A stretch of DNA of 64,000 nucleotides from Alphaproteobacteria bacterium. GTDB lineage: Bacteria > Pseudomonadota > Alphaproteobacteria > UBA828. The notes below the pieces were generated by a model, which was not told where the DNA came from, searched no databases, and was given only the letters and a program-made list of their open reading frames with translations. Positions 60,027-64,000 of this stretch are shown here, piece by piece. The stretch is from NCBI GenBank assembly GCA_965214705.1, contig OZ243972.1, forward strand, positions 544,001 to 608,000, given 5' to 3'. The stretch's first letter is position 1; every line of letters begins with the position of its first letter. Position numbers and translations under genes: made by a program.

Positions 60027-60899
60027 CTACCGGTCCGTCGTGCCGTCGAATTCCTCTTCGGGCGGCACCTTGGTCACGCCAACGTCAGGGTAGAGGGGGA
60101 CCGTCAACTCCGGTGTGGGTCCCACGTGCATCTGGCACCTGACAAACTCGTCGAGTTGACGCGCCCTGGACGTGCAGGCGGCGAGCGTCGGGGAGTAGTG
60201 CTCCGCCACGAAATCGTTCCACGCGTACCGCGGATCGCCGAAGGACATGACGTTCGCCTCCCGCTGCAGCACCGCACCCAGCACGAAAAAGACGAACGCG
60301 GCGGCCGCCACTGCGAGACCGAACCGCCAGTGCCGCCACCGCAGTCTGCCGGAGATGCGGGACAAGTCGTTGCGGAGGGAGCGCAGCTGGTCGCCGAGCG
60401 CCGTCGCCGATTGGATCATGTCCTCAAGACTGTGGGCGGCCACGGCCGACTGCCGGTCCGTGGCGTGGATACGCTGGTCGAGGGCCTCGCCCTGCGTCTT
60501 CAGCGCGGCGGCGGCCCCGGCCAAGGCGCGCGCTGTCTCCGCCGCCCCGTCCCGGCCCGCGGCCAATTCTGCAGCCTTGGCAAGCGCGCGGCGCGCGTTG
60601 GCAACCGCCTGAGCCAGCGCCGCCGTCTCACGAACCAACTCCTTGGCCGTGTCGTGCTTCGGCAACCGGGCGTCCTGGAGTGCGTCGATGCGGGAAGCCG
60701 TCGCCCTTACCGTCGCGAGGATCTCGGCGATGGCGTTGTCGTGCGCATCGGGTTGCGGGGATGGCGCCGCCGCAGGTGCCTTCTCGACCGCATCAGCCGG
60801 CCGGCCTGCCGCCCCTTCCGGTCGGCCGACCAGCAGGTCGCGGCCATCAAATGCGTCTTTGCCGGATTTCGGACCGCTGCGCCTCTCCTCCGGCGCCAT
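60027..60899 (-). CDS. Coiled-coil membrane protein upstream of the relaxase
   Basis: Ala-rich heptads and one TM segment FGLAVAAAAFVFFVLGAVL. Confidence 0.6.
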   Translation of the reverse strand: MAPEERRSGPKSGKDAFDGRDLLVGRPEGAAGRPADAVEKAPAAAPSPQPDAHDNAIAEILATVRATASRIDALQDARLPKHDTAKELVRETAALAQAVANARRALAKAAELAAGRDGAAETARALAGAAAALKTQGEALDQRIHATDRQSAVAAHSLEDMIQSATALGDQLRSLRNDLSRISGRLRWRHWRFGLAVAAAAFVFFVLGAVLQREANVMSFGDPRYAWNDFVAEHYSPTLAACTSRARQLDEFVRCQMHVGPTPELTVPLYPDVGVTKVPPEEEFDGTTDR

Positions 60900-61007
60900 G
60901 ATCGCCTCCCCGCTCAAAAAAACGTTGTTCGTGGTTTGCTTAGTGAGAGATATCGGAACCGGCAGGCCGAATGACAAGAGCCTCGGACGTTCAAGTCCGG
61001 GTCGGAT

Positions 61008-62536
61008 GAGCCACTTGCAAAACTCTCGGGCACGGTGCGTTCGTCCCGGGAGTTCGATATGAGGGCAGCGGTTGGTCGAACGTAACGCGAACGATCGGTC
61101 GAATCGACGGTTCGACATGCCGCATGGCCACCGTCGGGGAGCCGATTTGTCGCGAGCGAGGGCCGTTGCGGTCACATTCGTGGCCCGGCGCCGGGATGCG
61201 GGCGCGGCTCACCGTGCCCCCATCGAGGGAGGCGTGTTCCGGCATGACAGGGACAGAACCGAAAGTGAGGTTCAAGTCAGAAGGCGCACCAATTGGTCTA
61301 CCGTCAGCGCCAGGATGCCGAACATCGCGTGGCAGTAGACTTTGGCATGGCCGCGCACGTGGACATGGCGTCCACCGCAGTTGTCCTTCAGCCCGCCATT
61401 GATGCGCTCGACGTTCGAGCGTTCGCTGTAACGGTCGTCCGCCGGGTGGCTGTGGCCGATACGGCGCCGCGCCTTGGCCTCCCGCGCCAAGTCCTCTTTG
61501 AAGCCCCTGTCCCGAGGAATTGATGTCGATGATTGGGACGTGGCCCAACAGATAGCTGTGCCAGCCGATCTCAGGCGCGTCGTAGGCTGAGTCCATGAGA
61601 TCGTACAGATTGGTCACGCGTTCGGCGCTCATGGTCGCCAGCGGGATCGCGACCTGACTGTCGTGCAGCGAGGCAGACGTCAGGATGCAACTGACCGGGA
61701 TGCCGCCATCGGCGGCATCGATGTGCAGCTTGTAGCCGATCCACGACGTGGTGTGGCCCTTGGCGTTTCGCTTGGTGCCGACATCGCAGGCTCTGGGCAG
61801 ATCGTCGAGCATCTGCGGCAGGGTCATGTCGAGCTGGCGCTCCACGCGGCGCTGCTCCTTGGGCCGCTCCTCACCCTTGCGCGGGCGACCGCGCTTGCGC
61901 TTCGGCTTCTCCTTCTTGCGTTTGCGCTGAGGCTTCTCGCGCGCCTCGACCGCCGTCGAATCGCGCGAGACATGCCCCACCAGGTGGTCGCCGAGGGTCT
62001 GCTTGATCAGCGCCTCGTGCAGGCGTGCGGGCAGGGCACTCTCGGAGAACTCGGCGAAGGCCCGTGAAAAGGTCGCCTCGCTCGGCACTTCTCCGGCATA
62101 GTTCCAGCCGCACAATCGGCGCAACGTCTTGTCGACCTCAAGGCGCTCGATCAGTGCGCGTGTCGTGGGTACGTCGAACACCGCCTTGGCGATGAAGGCG
62201 CGCGCCAGCGCCGCACGGTCCTCGACCGGCCGACCGGGCAGGCCATGAAAATGGGGAAGGAAGCTCTCGACCCGCGCAAACTCAAGCACAGTGACGAAGC
62301 GCCGATACCTCTCGCCGAGTGGCCCGAGCTCCTCCTCAAGCCACGGGAAGAGATCGCCTTGAAGGGAGTTCAAGAATCTGGTTAGTGTCTGTCCCAGCGA
62401 CATGGGACCGGGGACCGCTCTCCCTGTCGATGTCTTCGGAAGCCCGACAGGAACAGAGAGCGGTCCCGATTCCCAGAACAATCTGCATCACATGGCGGCA
62501 AAATCCCGCTCAACGGCGAAACTCTGCAAGTGGCTC
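61008..62536 (-). mobile_element. IS5/IS1182-like element
   Basis: TIR GAGCCACTTGCA at both ends; no target duplication visible. Confidence 0.75.
61272..62403 (-). pseudogene. DDE transposase with a +1 frameshift at ~61518
   Basis: PSEATFSRAF, SRDSTA and GYKLH motifs; deleting one base gives IDINPRDRGFKEDLAREAK.. into the 61272-61490 ORF. Confidence 0.8.
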
Positions 62537-62592
62537 TCTCGTATGGTAATTTTGTGACAGGACATGGTCTTTGCCAATATCGATCACCTCTA

Positions 62593-63770
62593 GTGTCCTG
62601 ATTCCGAAGTTCGCATAGCTATGATTGGGCTGGCGCGAGTTCGAGGGTTCTCAGGCAGAAGCGCTTGATGGAAGCCAGGATTTCGTCGGCTGACTTGTGC
62701 CAGCGGAACGGCTTGGGGTCCTCGTTGACGGCCTCGATGTACGCGGTGATCGCCTGCTCCAACTCGACGGTCGAGCGGTGAACCCCGCGACGGATCTGCT
62801 TCTCCGTCAGATCGGAGAAGAACCGCTCCACTTGGTTGAGCCACGACGCCGAGGTCGGCGTGAAGTGGACATGCCAGCGAGGCCGCTTGGCGAACCAGGC
62901 GCGGACTTCCTTCGTCTTGTGCGTCGAGTAGTTGTCCATGACGATATGGATGTCGAGATCCTCGGGCACGTTGGCCTCGATGTGGTCCAGGAACTTGCGG
63001 AACTCTCGGCTTCGGTGACGGTGGAAACACTTGCCGATGACCTCGCCGGTGGCGACGTCGAGGGCGGCGAACAACGAGGTCGTGCCGTTGCGCTTGTAGT
63101 CATGGGTGCGCCGCTCAACCTGGCCGGGCCGCAGCGGCAGCAGGGGCTGGGTGCGGTCGAGGGCCTGAACCTGGGACTTCTCGTCCACACAGAGAACCAT
63201 GGCATGCTGCGGCGGGTCCACGTACAGGCCGACGATGTCGCGCACCTTGTCCACGAAGTACGGGTCCGCCGACAGCTTGAAGGTCTCGCTGCGGTGCGGT
63301 TGCAGGGAAAAGGCCTGCCAGATGCGATGGATGGTCGAGGCGCCGTAACCGGTGGCGCGCGCCATCGAGCGCAGGCTCCAGTGGGTGGCGTCGGGCGGTG
63401 TTTCCTCCAGCGTCATGCGAACGACCTCGGCAACCTCGTCGTCGCCGATGCGCCGGGGCGCGCCCGAACGCGGTGCGTCGTGCAGACCGTCGAGGCGGTG
63501 TGCGGCGAAGCGGCGGCGCCACTTGCCGACGGTCAACTCCGTGACATCCAACAAGGCCGCAATCTCCTTGTTGGAGAGCCCGTCCGCTGCCGCCAGCACG
63601 ATCCGTGCCCTCAGCGCCAAGGCCTGCCACGACTTGCGGCTCCGGCTCAGCCGATCCAGCTCCTTGCGCTCTTCATCTGTCAGGATGATGTCCACCGCTG
63701 TTCTCGCCACGGAATGAGCCTCCTCGCTTCAATCAACAATGCAGTAATACGAACTTATGGATCAGGACAC
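62593..63770 (-). mobile_element. IS630-family element, complete
   Basis: TIR GTGTCCTGAT..AAGTTCG; TA duplication in a CTAG context. Confidence 0.93.
62619..63710 (-). CDS. IS630 transposase
   Basis: [22 protein letters not shown] and [10 protein letters not shown] motifs. Confidence 0.95.
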   Translation of the reverse strand: MARTAVDIILTDEERKELDRLSRSRKSWQALALRARIVLAAADGLSNKEIAALLDVTELTVGKWRRRFAAHRLDGLHDAPRSGAPRRIGDDEVAEVVRMTLEETPPDATHWSLRSMARATGYGASTIHRIWQAFSLQPHRSETFKLSADPYFVDKVRDIVGLYVDPPQHAMVLCVDEKSQVQALDRTQPLLPLRPGQVERRTHDYKRNGTTSLFAALDVATGEVIGKCFHRHRSREFRKFLDHIEANVPEDLDIHIVMDNYSTHKTKEVRAWFAKRPRWHVHFTPTSASWLNQVERFFSDLTEKQIRRGVHRSTVELEQAITAYIEAVNEDPKPFRWHKSADEILASIKRFCLRTLELAPAQS

Positions 63771-63893
63771 TAGCTCTGTATCGCCGAGGAATGCTGTCAG
63801 GTCTTCGTCGGACGTGTCGAGGACAAACTAGGAGAGGGAAGGCGATTGCACATGTTCCGGTTCCGGCTAGTCGCTTAAGGAGGCTCTGAACAG

Positions 63894-64000
63894 ATGAAGC
63901 GAGAGGCAAATGTTCACCAATCCATAGGCCCATTTACGATCACGGTAGACCAACTGGAGCATCTTATCTTCTATGTAGAAAGCGAGCTAACGGGTGAATG
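63894..64000 (+). CDS. Low-GC hypothetical gene, 3'-partial
   Basis: TAAGGAGG RBS; MKREANVHQSIGPFTITVDQLEHLIFYVESELTGE stays open to the window end. Confidence 0.45.
   Translation, partial: MKREANVHQSIGPFTITVDQLEHLIFYVESELTGE

Noticed and set aside
1-64000. CRISPR array, tRNA, rRNA, reverse transcriptase or DGR template repeat
   Set aside because: No repeat-spacer periodicity, cloverleaf motifs, YxDD-type RT ORF or AAC-rich copy of the FGE 3' end was seen by eye

Overview
High-GC alphaproteobacterial chromosome segment, supported by a GTTC-N7-GTTC LexA box and the sfsA-map-radC/cinA synteny. A host-associated or sponge-symbiont origin is only an inference from the IS load and the caspase/FGE paralogues. 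Layout: catabolic and housekeeping genes (1-11.4 kb); a higBA-like TA pair and a LexA-controlled imuABC cassette (11.4-18 kb); a ~23 kb accessory island (18-40.8 kb); an amidohydrolase/GGT/amidase block (40.9-51.6 kb); and an IS-riddled mobilisable element with a MobF/TrwC relaxase (51.7-64 kb). The island holds a Mu-like module with no capsid genes, three secreted caspase-domain paralogues, a papain+OmpA pair, a MITE-split dinJ-yafQ and an orphan mini tape-measure operon. Top findings: (i) an IS110/IS1111 element whose downstream non-coding RNA carries guide segments matching its own reconstructed target in the relaxase 5' end, suggesting a bridge/seekRNA aimed at trwC and a possible scarless on/off switch; (ii) a caspase-PG-binding-FGE gene with DGR target hallmarks but no RT or TR in the window; (iii) two orphan Mu gp27/DUF3486-like HTH genes, each next to 10-bp-phased TCC(C) arrays; (iv) four genes split by insertions whose removal restores the reading frame. 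No tRNA, rRNA or CRISPR array was seen. All family calls come from motifs read by eye, not from database searches.
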